Positions 33,203 to 44,029 of a stretch of DNA of 64,000 nucleotides are shown piece by piece. Origin of the DNA: Hormiphora californensis (Eukaryota > Animalia > Ctenophora). The position numbers were made by a program, and so were the translations under genes. Numbering within the stretch: the first letter of the stretch is position 1; the number at the start of each line of letters is the position of its first letter. Below the pieces are notes generated by a model. The model ran no database searches, was not told the DNA's origin, and saw only the letters and a program-made list of their open reading frames with translations. The stretch is taken from assembly GCA_020137815.1 (NCBI GenBank), contig CM035352.1, positions 8,370,001-8,434,000 on the forward strand, in the 5' to 3' direction.

Positions 33203-36200
33203 TTAAGTTATGTCGTGTAAGGCTTTCCAGAGATGGTCTTTCAGTCTAGAGGAAAATAAATGGTGTTCAGCTGTATTTCTCAGTTCTTTAGGAAGTAAGT
33301 TCCACTCAAGGTGGCAGCGATAAAAGTAACAGTTTTTGAACAGGTCTACTCTGGGTTGTTCGGTACATATAATGTCCGTACTGTCTCGTTTTGTTTGTTG
33401 TCTGGTGGCACGTCTGTCATGTAATTCTGGATTGTATTTTTGTAGGAAAGATGGGAGTTTTATAGGAGACGTCTCATAGAATATTTTATGGAACAATTTA
33501 AGATCATTATATTGGAATTTTTGAGTCATTGGGAGTACGTCAATCTCCCTGAGTTTCTTTATATACGTATCTAAACTATAACTGGTATCTGTTTCACCGA
33601 ATATCCATTTTGTGGCACGTTTCTGGAGTCGTTCAAACTTAAGCAGACTTGACTCACTTTGTGGACGCCATATTTGGCTACAGTGTTCGAACAAAGATCT
33701 AACTAGACTAATGTAGAGGTTCTTCTTTTTAAGGGGACATTTAACTAATACGCCTACACGCTTCACCAGTCCTAATCTTTGAGAAGCTTTGGAAACAACA
33801 TTTTTCTGGTGTTCGATTGGCGACAACTTGTGATTAGTTGAGACTCCTAGATCAACTTCATTTTCACATAATTTGATTTCATCTCTGCCTAGGTGATAAT
33901 TTAATTGACGTTGTTTAATAATTTTAGTACACCTAAGCAGCTTACACTTTTTAGGATGGAATATCATTTTATTATCCTTTGCCCATTCCACTAAACTATC
34001 GATGTCGGGCTGCAAACTATCTTCTTCACTATTTATAACCCGCCAAATTTTCAGATCATCTGCATATAGCCTAATTTTGGTTAGATCATCTTCTCTTAAA
34101 ACATTAACAATATCATTTATGAATAACACAAACAAGAAAGGACCTAGTATTGATCCTTGTGGAACTCCACTCCTAACCTCTACCCATTCTGAAAATTCCC
34201 CATCTAACACAACCCTCTGTTGCCTACCAGATAAATAATTCATTAGGAAACGTAACATCTTACCTCCTAAATTAAACTCATTTTTCAGCTTATTTATTAT
34301 TACATCATGAGATACACTATCGAAGGCTTTCTGAAAGTCAAAGTAAACTATATCAGTTTGATTTCGGTTATTTATGTTCAACGCTAATTCACAATTAAAC
34401 TCAATCAGTTGTGATGTACATGATTTCAAGGGTACAAAACCATGCTGGTAGGGAGTTATTTTTTCCAGACAGGCTTTATATAGGCGTTCTCTTACTAATT
34501 TCTCAAAAACTTTCATAACAAGGCAAGTCAGGGATATAGGCCTATAATTCTCAACGCATGATCGTTCCCCTTTCTTGTAAACTGGGACAACGTTCGCGGT
34601 TTTCCATTCTGTTGGTATACATCCCTCTGAGTATGATTTATTAAATATAAGGGTGAGTGGATAAGCTAGGGATTTATGACATTTCTTAAGCACAACACCG
34701 TCAATATTATCTGGACCTGTTGCTTTTGACGCATCCAACTTTTTTAGAATCTTTAGAATCTCATCAAATCTAAATATCTCAGAGTTAAAATCATTAGTGT
34801 GATCTCTATCAATATCAACAGTTTCTTTGTAGGTGCTAGATTCAGTGAATTGATTACAGAAAAATTCATTGAACATTTCACATTTACGACGACTCGAAGA
34901 GCTAAATTTATTATTAAAGTATACTCTCTCAGGAATTCTAGTGCTATTCGTTTTGGACTTTACGTGTTTGAAAAATTTCTTTGATACATTAGCATTGGGT
35001 GTAAGTTCATCTATAGAGGAAAGCTCGAGAAAGGATGTTTCTTTCTCTATTGCTAGTGTTCTGTATTGATGTTCTTTGAGTTCGTATTCCTCTTTAGCTA
35101 CAATACTATCTATATTTTTTAAGAAGGCTTTTCTAGAGTTATCGAACGATTTCTTAAGTTGGCGTAGTTCTTCATCATACCAAGGTGGCTGTGAGCCAAT
35201 TTTTACATTGACTAATGGTACATTATGACGTAGTGCAATGTCTAACCTAGACTTAAAGACTTGTAGGGACTGCTCCGCTGACAGATCCTTGAACTGTCCT
35301 AACCAATCAATTCCTAAAAGCTCTTCATTTAGAGAGTCCCAATCAGCTTTTCTATAGGAAAATTTCTTACAATTTTTATACTTAGGGCGTGACTTTTTGA
35401 AATTTATCTCACATTTTAGTGTAAGATGGTCCGACTTTACAAGACTATTCTCTTCGAGCAAAACATTAGAATAAGTAGTTTCTATGTTAGTAAGTATTAA
35501 GTCGAGAATATTTCCATCCCTATGCGTTGGAACATTAACTAAAGACTTTAGGCCTAGAGATAAAAATAAATTGATAAAACTCTCATGAGTACTATTATTT
35601 GACACTGGGACGTCCCAGTTATCCACCGAACTTAGGTTTAGATCCCCTATAATGGTGAGATTCTTAAACTTCTTGGCAAGATTAGTATAGTAACGTTCCG
35701 CCTCTTTGAAGTGTTCCGATCCAGAATAATCATATCTATAAAATGTCGAGATACAAACGGGTGCTATATTTTTATGTTTTAGAAGAATAGTAACTATTGG
35801 TAAATCGGTCTTCGTTTTAACTAACTCTGTCTCAACTCCAATATTGTTTTTACATAGTATTAAAACTCCTCCACCTCCTTTTTTACTAAAAGTTTTCATA
35901 TCCTTCTCAGTGCGGTCTTTTCTAAATATAGAGTAATATTTATCTGATATAAGTTCCCCTTCACTAATATATTTATTCAGCCAAGTTTCATTTAAAACAA
36001 CGATATCGGGCGAGTAGGTGAATAAGTATGCTTTTAGATCCCTAAGTTTAGAGGCCTGAAATTCAGGCTGATCCCCACCTATTGTGTGCATCTTTATCAG
36101 ACCGTTAACATTACAATACACTAAGTTCAACTTTTTATCAGGCCCTGGATTAATAATGTCAGGATGGCTTCTCAGCAGTAGCATTTTCGCTAACGACGTA

Positions 36201-36613
36201 ACAAACATAACAAGTATAGTATATCTGCATCTGACTTTGAACAAATTAATGCCTGCAATCCTAAACTTTTTATAACATCGATATGCATACTTACTATGTC
36301 TCATACCTTTGACTAAGAAGAGGAATAGGACACAATTTGCATACCAAATATATGGTGAATTCAGATCAAACACAAATTGGCCTTCTTTTCTGAACTTGAC
36401 GGGTGGAGGGGTACTCCTGAGCATTATTCCTAAAAGAGCTATCATTAGTATTGTGTAACAAATATATATGAGGAAATGATAGATTAGTATGTCTGTCGTT
36501 TCATTGTATTGTCTTTTGTTATTGTCGGTGTTGTCAATTTTTATCCTTTTCCCCCCAGCCAGACCCCCCGCAAAACCCCCAATAGTTTTTCTGTATTGTT
36601 CGACACTGATCAT
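33203..36613 (-). CDS. LINE ORF2: hydrophobic leader, 2A-like motif, APE endonuclease and reverse transcriptase
   Basis: 1136 aa uninterrupted. APE motifs CNVNGL, LNETWL, GGGGV, IGDLN, LDLILT, SDH. RT motifs NYRPISLT, QHGF, DFQKAFDSV, GVPQGSILGP, YADD. Confidence 0.95.
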   Translation of the reverse strand: MISVEQYRKTIGGFAGGLAGGKRIKIDNTDNNKRQYNETTDILIYHFLIYICYTILMIALLGIMLRSTPPPVKFRKEGQFVFDLNSPYIWYANCVLFLFLVKGMRHSKYAYRCYKKFRIAGINLFKVRCRYTILVMFVTSLAKMLLLRSHPDIINPGPDKKLNLVYCNVNGLIKMHTIGGDQPEFQASKLRDLKAYLFTYSPDIVVLNETWLNKYISEGELISDKYYSIFRKDRTEKDMKTFSKKGGGGVLILCKNNIGVETELVKTKTDLPIVTILLKHKNIAPVCISTFYRYDYSGSEHFKEAERYYTNLAKKFKNLTIIGDLNLSSVDNWDVPVSNNSTHESFINLFLSLGLKSLVNVPTHRDGNILDLILTNIETTYSNVLLEENSLVKSDHLTLKCEINFKKSRPKYKNCKKFSYRKADWDSLNEELLGIDWLGQFKDLSAEQSLQVFKSRLDIALRHNVPLVNVKIGSQPPWYDEELRQLKKSFDNSRKAFLKNIDSIVAKEEYELKEHQYRTLAIEKETSFLELSSIDELTPNANVSKKFFKHVKSKTNSTRIPERVYFNNKFSSSSRRKCEMFNEFFCNQFTESSTYKETVDIDRDHTNDFNSEIFRFDEILKILKKLDASKATGPDNIDGVVLKKCHKSLAYPLTLIFNKSYSEGCIPTEWKTANVVPVYKKGERSCVENYRPISLTCLVMKVFEKLVRERLYKACLEKITPYQHGFVPLKSCTSQLIEFNCELALNINNRNQTDIVYFDFQKAFDSVSHDVIINKLKNEFNLGGKMLRFLMNYLSGRQQRVVLDGEFSEWVEVRSGVPQGSILGPFLFVLFINDIVNVLREDDLTKIRLYADDLKIWRVINSEEDSLQPDIDSLVEWAKDNKMIFHPKKCKLLRCTKIIKQRQLNYHLGRDEIKLCENEVDLGVSTNHKLSPIEHQKNVVSKASQRLGLVKRVGVLVKCPLKKKNLYISLVRSLFEHCSQIWRPQSESSLLKFERLQKRATKWIFGETDTSYSLDTYIKKLREIDVLPMTQKFQYNDLKLFHKIFYETSPIKLPSFLQKYNPELHDRRATRQQTKRDSTDIICTEQPRVDLFKNCYFYRCHLEWNLLPKELRNTAEHHLFSSRLKDHLWKALHDIT

Positions 36614-36743
36614 TGAATGGGAATGGGTTTAGGGTTTAGGAATGGGTTAACAAATGGGGAAATTAGGGGACAATGATGAAAACTCGGCCCCCCCAAACCC
36701 CAGAGAATTGTTATCATTAAATTATATATTATAAATCGAGATA

Positions 36744-38204
36744 TCAGTTAAGAACTAACTCCTCATACATAATCTCATTTAACACGTTGTACCCATTATT
36801 GTTGAGGTGTACTCCGTCCTCCGAAAACAAAACACTATTAAAATTAAGTTCATTATTTAAAAACTCAATTGTCCAATCCGACACTACACAATTCAAAGAC
36901 CTTCCTACACTCATCACAATACGATTAAACATAAACACGTTACTCGCTATCCAACCACTATCAGGTCTGAGGGGGATAACCGTAGCGAGAACGATCTCGG
37001 TATCATCCCCAAACCTTCTCCTAACCTCCCTAACTAAATCTACATATGCCTTATACACACTCCCTTTACCCTTACTCGACCTTACAAACCCTCCCCAATA
37101 TCTGATGTCATTGGTCCCAAACGCCAAAATAACCTTGTTAACCTCTAGACATGGGTGCGTCACTTCCAGTCCGTTCAACATATCCATAGCCAAACTCCCC
37201 CTCCAGTTCTCATTCGGCCTACAAAGTCTCGCCCCTGAAATCGAGATGTTCACTAGCGCCGGGTCCTCGTGGATCCACTTTGTCATACTGGTTCCTAGTA
37301 GAAGTGTCCTTGGTGTCAGTCTGGGGTTCGGCAGTGCTGGTGTTGGTAGAAGGGGCGATCTGGTAGGGAACACAGAGTTCTCTTCCTGATACCCATCTAC
37401 GGCAGGCGGCGAGGTTGGCGACAAAGTCATCTGTGATGCTGGAGCTTCCACCCGAGACGGGTGTACTACGAACTGGGGCACCTTCTGGGACTTAGCTGGG
37501 GTTGGTGCAGGTGGAGTTGGTTCTGGAGGCGATGTTCTGTGCCTCTTCCTAAAAGACAGGGCATATCTCACGCCATGCTCAACCTTCTGTGCACGGTGCT
37601 TAAAGTGCTCTTGGCACCCTGGCTTCATGGTGTACGCCTCACCATCCTTAGTGGTTATAGACAGCTTAGGCCGCATCCGGCCATCACCAAGGTAGGGAAT
37701 GAAATCTACAGCACCATCGTTGCCGACGGTCACGACGGTGATAGGTGAGTTGTCCACCAGCGAAGTCTCGAAATCTGAGTGGTATCCCACGCCGTCCCCT
37801 TTTCTGTATCTAGTGACTAGGCAGGAGTTGAACTCAGTCCCTTGGTCCTTGTTAATCCTCCCCATCAGCTTGTTAATGTTCGGGTATTTAGTTATGTCCC
37901 TGGGTGCCAGGTCCACATTGGCCCACCCGTAGGGACACCCAGTGTTAGTTAGCCAGGTATTCTTGCCAGTTAATCCTCCTACTTCCCATTTCATCATCTC
38001 GAGGTCCTCATCAGAAACATATCTCCCGTGGTGGGTAACAAACTGATTCGGATCCTTTTCTGGAACTCCATCTCTCTTACGCCTCTCTAGCTCCTTTTGT
38101 ACAATCTGTATAATCCTCTCCAACACGGGCGATGATACCCTGGTAAAGACTTCCTCTAGAGGTGTGTTGTCTAGAATCATGTTGGAGGCGTTGTTAACAA
38201 CCAT
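36744..38204 (-). CDS. LINE ORF1: AlkB-like 2OG-Fe(II) dioxygenase fused to an SGNH/GDSL esterase
   Basis: AlkB: FNSCLVTRYRKGDGVGYHSDFE (HxD), FKHR (distal His), RYALSFR (RxxxxxR). Pro-rich linker. SGNH blocks: LLLGTSM, SISGAR, GTND, DGVHLN. Confidence 0.88.
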   Translation of the reverse strand: MVVNNASNMILDNTPLEEVFTRVSSPVLERIIQIVQKELERRKRDGVPEKDPNQFVTHHGRYVSDEDLEMMKWEVGGLTGKNTWLTNTGCPYGWANVDLAPRDITKYPNINKLMGRINKDQGTEFNSCLVTRYRKGDGVGYHSDFETSLVDNSPITVVTVGNDGAVDFIPYLGDGRMRPKLSITTKDGEAYTMKPGCQEHFKHRAQKVEHGVRYALSFRKRHRTSPPEPTPPAPTPAKSQKVPQFVVHPSRVEAPASQMTLSPTSPPAVDGYQEENSVFPTRSPLLPTPALPNPRLTPRTLLLGTSMTKWIHEDPALVNISISGARLCRPNENWRGSLAMDMLNGLEVTHPCLEVNKVILAFGTNDIRYWGGFVRSSKGKGSVYKAYVDLVREVRRRFGDDTEIVLATVIPLRPDSGWIASNVFMFNRIVMSVGRSLNCVVSDWTIEFLNNELNFNSVLFSEDGVHLNNNGYNVLNEIMYEELVLN

Positions 38205-38582
38205 TCCTAAAACTCCATGGCTAAAACAGGCTGTTAATCCAAGAACATTGCGTCCTCAAATTAATTTGTTTAAAGTAGTGCCGAAAAGCCTGAAAAGTAT
38301 GCGTTCTCTACTTATACCCCTATTCCACGAAATCGTTCTCTCACTATCATTTTCTCTAACTGATCTCTCTCTCTCTCTCTCTATTATCTCTCTCTCTATC
38401 TCTCTCCATAGAGGAACAAGCAATGTAATAACTAACTACCCTTCTTCTTAATTTTGCCTTATAGGGCAGCCCGCAGCTAAAGCTATGGATGAGTAGAAGG
38501 GCACACAAGCACAGCACAGCAATCATCCTTTGAGAAGGAAATGCAGAAAATGTAGTTAGAAAGAAAATGAGAGAGAGAGAGA

Positions 38583-38619
<37 letters not shown>

Positions 38620-39763
38620 TGAGAGAGATTATGATTCTCTAACTGGGTAGGGCGGTGTAAATAGACGTACGTCGCGAGTGTTTAGTTAGTCAACGTGTTA
38701 TTGCTACACATGATACTTGATATCTAATACAAACACAGTAGACCAGAGACCTAATACAAGGTCCAATAAAACCACGTGGTGCCAAACATACCAAGTCCTG
38801 AGAAAAAAGTCTTGTACCTATGTTAGCTTGTATCATAATGCATAACATCCACTTCAAATGACCAATTGTGCGACAACAATGACCCTTCTATAATGCTGGA
38901 AATCCATTTGAAATGGATTTATTAATCATCAGACCAATACTGCCATTATACCTCATCCCCTCCATCCCACTCAACCTGTCAATGCCCCTGTATAGTACTA
39001 CAGATTGTTCCCAAGTATCGTACCTCATTGAAAAGATCAGCAAAGAGAGTCTCTGCGTGGGAAGATAGAGAGGCCAACTGTCGAATAATCCCAACCAGTG
39101 CATTCATGTTGACGTGTTGTAACTCGTCATTTCCCTGGTGTAGGTATTTAGTTTAGTGTCATGTGAATTGCCAGACACTGACTGTAACATTACGCACACT
39201 ACGTGAGGCCGCTACTCACGTAGCCGCACCGGTGCGGAGAGGACAGTCTTATATGAGAAAACGTGTGATCTAAACAACACAGTTATTCCATTGGTCTTAC
39301 CTTGAGATTTGCGTTGAGCGGAGCTCTCACCAGCTCTATTGGCTGCACTACACGTTGCGTCAAAGGCATCGCTTATCCAATGAAATCCATTAACATATCT
39401 AACTATCGTTATATCGTTGTAAAATGTTACATCTTTCAACAAAGATCACAAAGAATCAGTGAAAACACGATAAAATGACTTTATAACACAAGAGGGAGTG
39501 TGTGTACAACCTACAACGCTCTCTGTCTAGATTTGGCGCCCGCCAGTCTGTTGCAACTGTTGCTCATGACCCACAATTAACTGTTATCTCTCTCTGCATT
39601 CCACCCTTTGAAACTGTTACAACGATTGTTACGAGTGTGTAGGAATGTAGAGAGGCACTCTGTAGCTTCATTTCCAACTGTTTGACCCGTTTTGTGTGAG
39701 CTCTCTGTGTGTGAACCACCTAATTTGTGATTGTTTTGCTTCTAGGTGCCCGCCAGCGGGGTC

Positions 39764-39945
39764 TATAGAACATAACTCTCTCCCTAGCTTGCAGATATAC
39801 CTGTAAACCCCTCGCTGACGCTCGGGATTTACAGGGCTGTAACGCACGGTCCCTTCGGGACCCGTGCATTACAGCTCAATAGACGCACTGCTCTGCAGTG
39901 TGTCTATTGATTATATGCACGCGCGGGAGGGAGTTATGTACTATA
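39764..39945. mobile_element. ~180-bp element folding as a terminal stem enclosing three hairpins (MITE-like)
   Basis: Imperfect TIR TATAGAACATAACTCTCTCCC / GGGAGGGAGTTATGTACTATA; internal stems at 39800-39835, 39836-39875 and 39876-39910. Confidence 0.7.
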
Positions 39946-42583
39946 TGTATACTTTATATCAGGTATCAGGTAGCCGGTAAAGTAAAACCCAAAATAAAAA
40001 GACCCTCACTTAGGTTTTGTGAAATTTCCCACGGTCATAGCTCCACTCCCTGATAAGATAGAGACTTGAAATTTGTAAGAAGAACTCGACATGATCTTCC
40101 TACAAAACAAATTTCAAGTCCCTTTCTCATCAGCGAGTGATTACAAGATTACAAGATTACAAATAAGTTTTAGTATACATAACAAATGAATACAACGCAC
40201 TCAGCAGAGCTTCCGCGTGATAAAATGATATTCCCTATATGAGTGAACTACTTCCCCTCAGTGAGCAGGGCAACAAGGGAGTTATCTCTAGGGCTCGAGT
40301 ATCCTCTGACAGGTGGAAAGTCTGGTATGGTAGCAAGGAAGTCTCCAAGTGTGACTTTTAGGTTCTCGATTGATGTTGCCAGCCGTACTTCCTCGGGCAT
40401 CCTGTTAAAGAGTTGAACCGCTCTAACTCCGAATGATGCATCCCGTAGCGTCTGGACTGATTTCTGTGCCGATGTGATGATCCGAGGGACAATAGCTTTC
40501 GGACCGTGTCGATGGTGGACGTAGAAGGATATGTTCGTGCTATTAGGTGCTAGCCCCTTGTATATCTTCCACATATGTATGATCATGTATCTTTCCCGTC
40601 TTCTCTGCAAAGAAAGTATCCTGAGGTGAGCTAATCGTTCCCAGTAATTCATGCCTTCACAGTCTGTGATTCTCCGTGTGAAGAAACGTTGGATTCCCTC
40701 GATCTTTGCAATCTCGCCAGTTTGGCATGGCGACCATAGTGGCGAGCAGTATTCTAGCTTCGGCCGAATGAGCGATTTCAGTAAGGTAACCATGGTTGCT
40801 GTAGATCTGTCTCTGAACACTCCTAGGACCCATCCAGCTAATCTTTTGGCTTCTCTGGTGATGATACCGATGTGTGTTGTCCACGATGCGTCATTGGTCA
40901 TGTGGATACCCAGATCTTTCACACAGTGTGCAGGGTTAATGTCCTCACCATTTGTATTGTAGTATCGATAGTTTTCCACATTGAAGGGAAGAACTCGTAG
41001 AAGCTTTGTTTTGTTCAGGGTGTAGTTGAGAATTTCGAACTTGTCCTCATGTAGAAGCATGTTGTTCTTCTTTGACCAATCGGCGATTCTGTCGAGGTCT
41101 CCCTGAAGTGATTTCATGTCCTCTGCTTGTTCGATCGATTGCCTGCTCTTCGTGTCGTCTGCAAACGTTAGTGTACCACCCAGCGTGCAAGCGGCCAAAT
41201 CACTAACATAGATAATAAACAGAAGTGGACCCAGCACTGAGCCCTGGATCACACTACTGATGACATATTCTGGTCTGGAGCAGTAGCCCTCCATCACTAC
41301 CGTCTGTGCTCTACCTGTAAGGAAGGCCTCGATCCAGTTCAACAGTTTTCCTCGTATGCCGTATCTTTGCAGCTTGCCCAGTAGGATTCGAATATCGACT
41401 TTATCGAATGCTTTAGCAAAATCGATATAGGCCACATCTACTTCGTGGCCATTGTTCAGATCCTCTAGGATTGCATCGTAATGGTTGAGTAGTTGCGTCA
41501 GACAGCTTCTACCCGACCGGAATCCATGCTGCTCCTCGTTTATGATCCCTGCCTTTCCACAAAGTCCGCTAGTTGACTTCTTACCACTCGTTCGAAGGTT
41601 TTAGTGACGTGGCTCGTCAGTGCCACTGGGCGGTAGTTCTCTGGCAGACTCTTATTGCCCTTCTTGAAAATGGGTGCAATTTGTTGTTTCTTCAGTTCGG
41701 CGGGAATGAACCCGCGGTGAAAGGATTGGTTCCACAATATCCATAGTGGATAGCAAAGTTTATCCCTGGCCTCGTGGAGAATCAGTGATGGAATATCGCC
41801 TTTGGGTGCTGCGGAATGTGGGTTTAGCTCCTTCAAGGCCCCTTCGATGATTGCAGGGGAAAGTTCAATATCTGTCAACTCGGCTTTCCTCTCTTCGATA
41901 TCCATTAGGGCGTTTTCTACGTTGACTAGGGAGGGGTCACTGAAAACTTTAACATACTGGTCCTGGAGTATTTCAGCTTTCCTCCGTGGATCATCCGTCA
42001 GCTCTCCACTCTGTGACAGTAATGGTCCAACTGTCGACTGTACTTTTCTTTTCCTCTTCGCAAAAGAGTAAAAAGCTCTGGGATTCTTCTTGATCTGTGC
42101 CACTGCTTTGTCTTCCTTGGTGCAGAACTGGGCCAGCCCTGTGTGTTTGTGTGTGCGTGTGTGTGAGAATGTGTGTTTGTGTCTGTGTCCTATCGCGAAG
42201 GTGCTTGTTTTGACGCTGAGTTCTATTAAAAGCACAGCATCTTCGCGCGCGCGTGTGTGTCGCTTTGGTGACACGCGCGCGCGTTTTCTGAGATCTGAGA
42301 GAGAAGAGCGATTGATGTTTTGAGAGTGAGTTTTCTTTTGTCGGAGCGAAGCAACTTTCAAAAGCGTGTGTTCTCTTAGTCAACTGAACTGTAACAATCC
42401 TTTACCGTTACTTTTACATTCACAAAAATAAAAGACAACGTGTTTACTTTCGCCTTTACGCTCCAGCTGACGGGTACGCCCCATACGTGTCACGAAACCA
42501 CCCCAAGAACGCCCCCTTTACAGAACAACCCCTTTCGGCAGTCCTTACTTTACACCAACTGGTGAGCTTCAAAACGTTTACTG

Positions 42584-44029
42584 ATGTCACGAAATCACGT
42601 CAGTAATGTCAGCCTGAGCCAAGAGCCATTGTCACAGTGGGACACAATTGACCTCTTCTCGATTGGCGGTGACCAAACTCCGTTCGACCAGCGCCCACTA
42701 GAAACATACCTGGCAGATTTGGACATTTCACGAGTTGAGCCAGAACGGAAACCACTGACCTCGCGACATGCATTGGCGTCAAGAATCGTGTCAAGTTCTC
42801 CACAACGAGAGCAAAGTTTCCGAATCCCTGAAGATAAGCCCAGGATACCAGAGAAAAGAATGTCACGAACTTTGGACCGATCAAGAGCTCTGAGTTGCCG
42901 AAGCACGTCATCTAACAAACCAAACGTGCCCAGAAACCCCGTGGTAGTTCCAGCAAGTCGACCAGTAGCAGATCATTATCAACGGAACGTCCAACCAACT
43001 CAAGTCGACCAAAACAGATACAGAACCCCTCCCTCCGGAATAAAACCACCAAAGTTCAAGGAAGGGAATAGTCTGAAATCGTACCTGAAGAGATTTGAAG
43101 ATTATCTGTCAATGGCGACCGAGAACCCTCAGGATGTGCGTGGAATCCTACTTAACTGCTTAAAGTGCGATGCCACCTATGATCGGATACGCCGTCTGAA
43201 GTTCAGCCAAGAAGAAATGGCCAATCCACACAAGTTGCTACAATTCATCCGTGATGCTATCCTGAATGACGCTGCCATTGCTGAGACAAATCGTTTAGAA
43301 CTGAAGGACATTAAACAGGATGAACACGAGTCGGTATCTGACTTTGCAGAGAGAATCCATCGGGCAGCAGAGCTTGCGTTCCCAGGTGAGTCCGATGATC
43401 GTGTGAACGCAAACAAGATAGACGCTCTACAAGATGGTCTTCATGACCGTGATGTTGCTAAGGATGTCTGTGACTGGAAGAAACAGGACGTCGCTTTTGA
43501 AACTCTGGTTGCAGAAGCTGAGAGAGCAGCGACGCAGAACAAAATCTTCAAGAGAGGCGGTGCTGATTATGGAGCCACTGTTTATGCAATTCGGAGTGAC
43601 GGACGAATGAGCCAAAACCAGCCTTACCAGAGAAAGAGTTGGAATCCGTGCAAGTTCTGTAAGAAGACGAACCACACGGAAGCAAACTGTAGGTTCAAGA
43701 TAACTTGCCAAATATGTGGTCAAGACCTACATGAAGCCAGAAACTGTCCCGTGCTAGCGAGCACTATCCAAACCGATGTTAACCCGATGCAGAATCAGCA
43801 GACCATGAACTTCCGACCCCAGACATTCACAACTGGTAACAGAAGACAAGCCACATCGTCAGTGCCTGGAACGAGAGAACATGATCGAGCCAACGGTCTA
43901 TGCTATGTTTGTCATCAGAATGGACACCTCAGCAGAAATTGCCAGAACCGAGGATGGCAGTTAAACGAGAGAGCGGTCGGAGATTTTCACAACGCGGACA
44001 CACACCAGAACTCCGGCCGCGCCAATTAA
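42584..44029 (+). CDS. gag: Gypsy gag with three CCHC zinc knuckles
   Basis: CKFCKKTNHTEANC, CQICGQDLHEARNC, CYVCHQNGHLSRNC; capsid-like QDEHESVSDFAERI. Confidence 0.9.
   Translation: MSRNHVSNVSLSQEPLSQWDTIDLFSIGGDQTPFDQRPLETYLADLDISRVEPERKPLTSRHALASRIVSSSPQREQSFRIPEDKPRIPEKRMSRTLDRSRALSCRSTSSNKPNVPRNPVVVPASRPVADHYQRNVQPTQVDQNRYRTPPSGIKPPKFKEGNSLKSYLKRFEDYLSMATENPQDVRGILLNCLKCDATYDRIRRLKFSQEEMANPHKLLQFIRDAILNDAAIAETNRLELKDIKQDEHESVSDFAERIHRAAELAFPGESDDRVNANKIDALQDGLHDRDVAKDVCDWKKQDVAFETLVAEAERAATQNKIFKRGGADYGATVYAIRSDGRMSQNQPYQRKSWNPCKFCKKTNHTEANCRFKITCQICGQDLHEARNCPVLASTIQTDVNPMQNQQTMNFRPQTFTTGNRRQATSSVPGTREHDRANGLCYVCHQNGHLSRNCQNRGWQLNERAVGDFHNADTHQNSGRAN
43960..44020 (+). promoter_or_regulatory. 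Putative -1 programmed ribosomal frameshift signal (gag-pol)
   Basis: Slippery heptamer G TTA AAC (43960-43966) in gag frame; 6 nt later GCGGTCGGAG (43973-43982) can pair with CTCCGGCCGC (44011-44020). Confidence 0.7.

Larger units (their letters stand above)
32711..38410 (-). mobile_element. Apparently full-length CR1/L2-group LINE with two intact ORFs; 5' boundary approximate
   Basis: ORF1 38204-36744 and ORF2 36613-33203; the 3' UTR ends in an (AAATC)n tail at ~32711-32726. No TSD identified. Confidence 0.9.
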
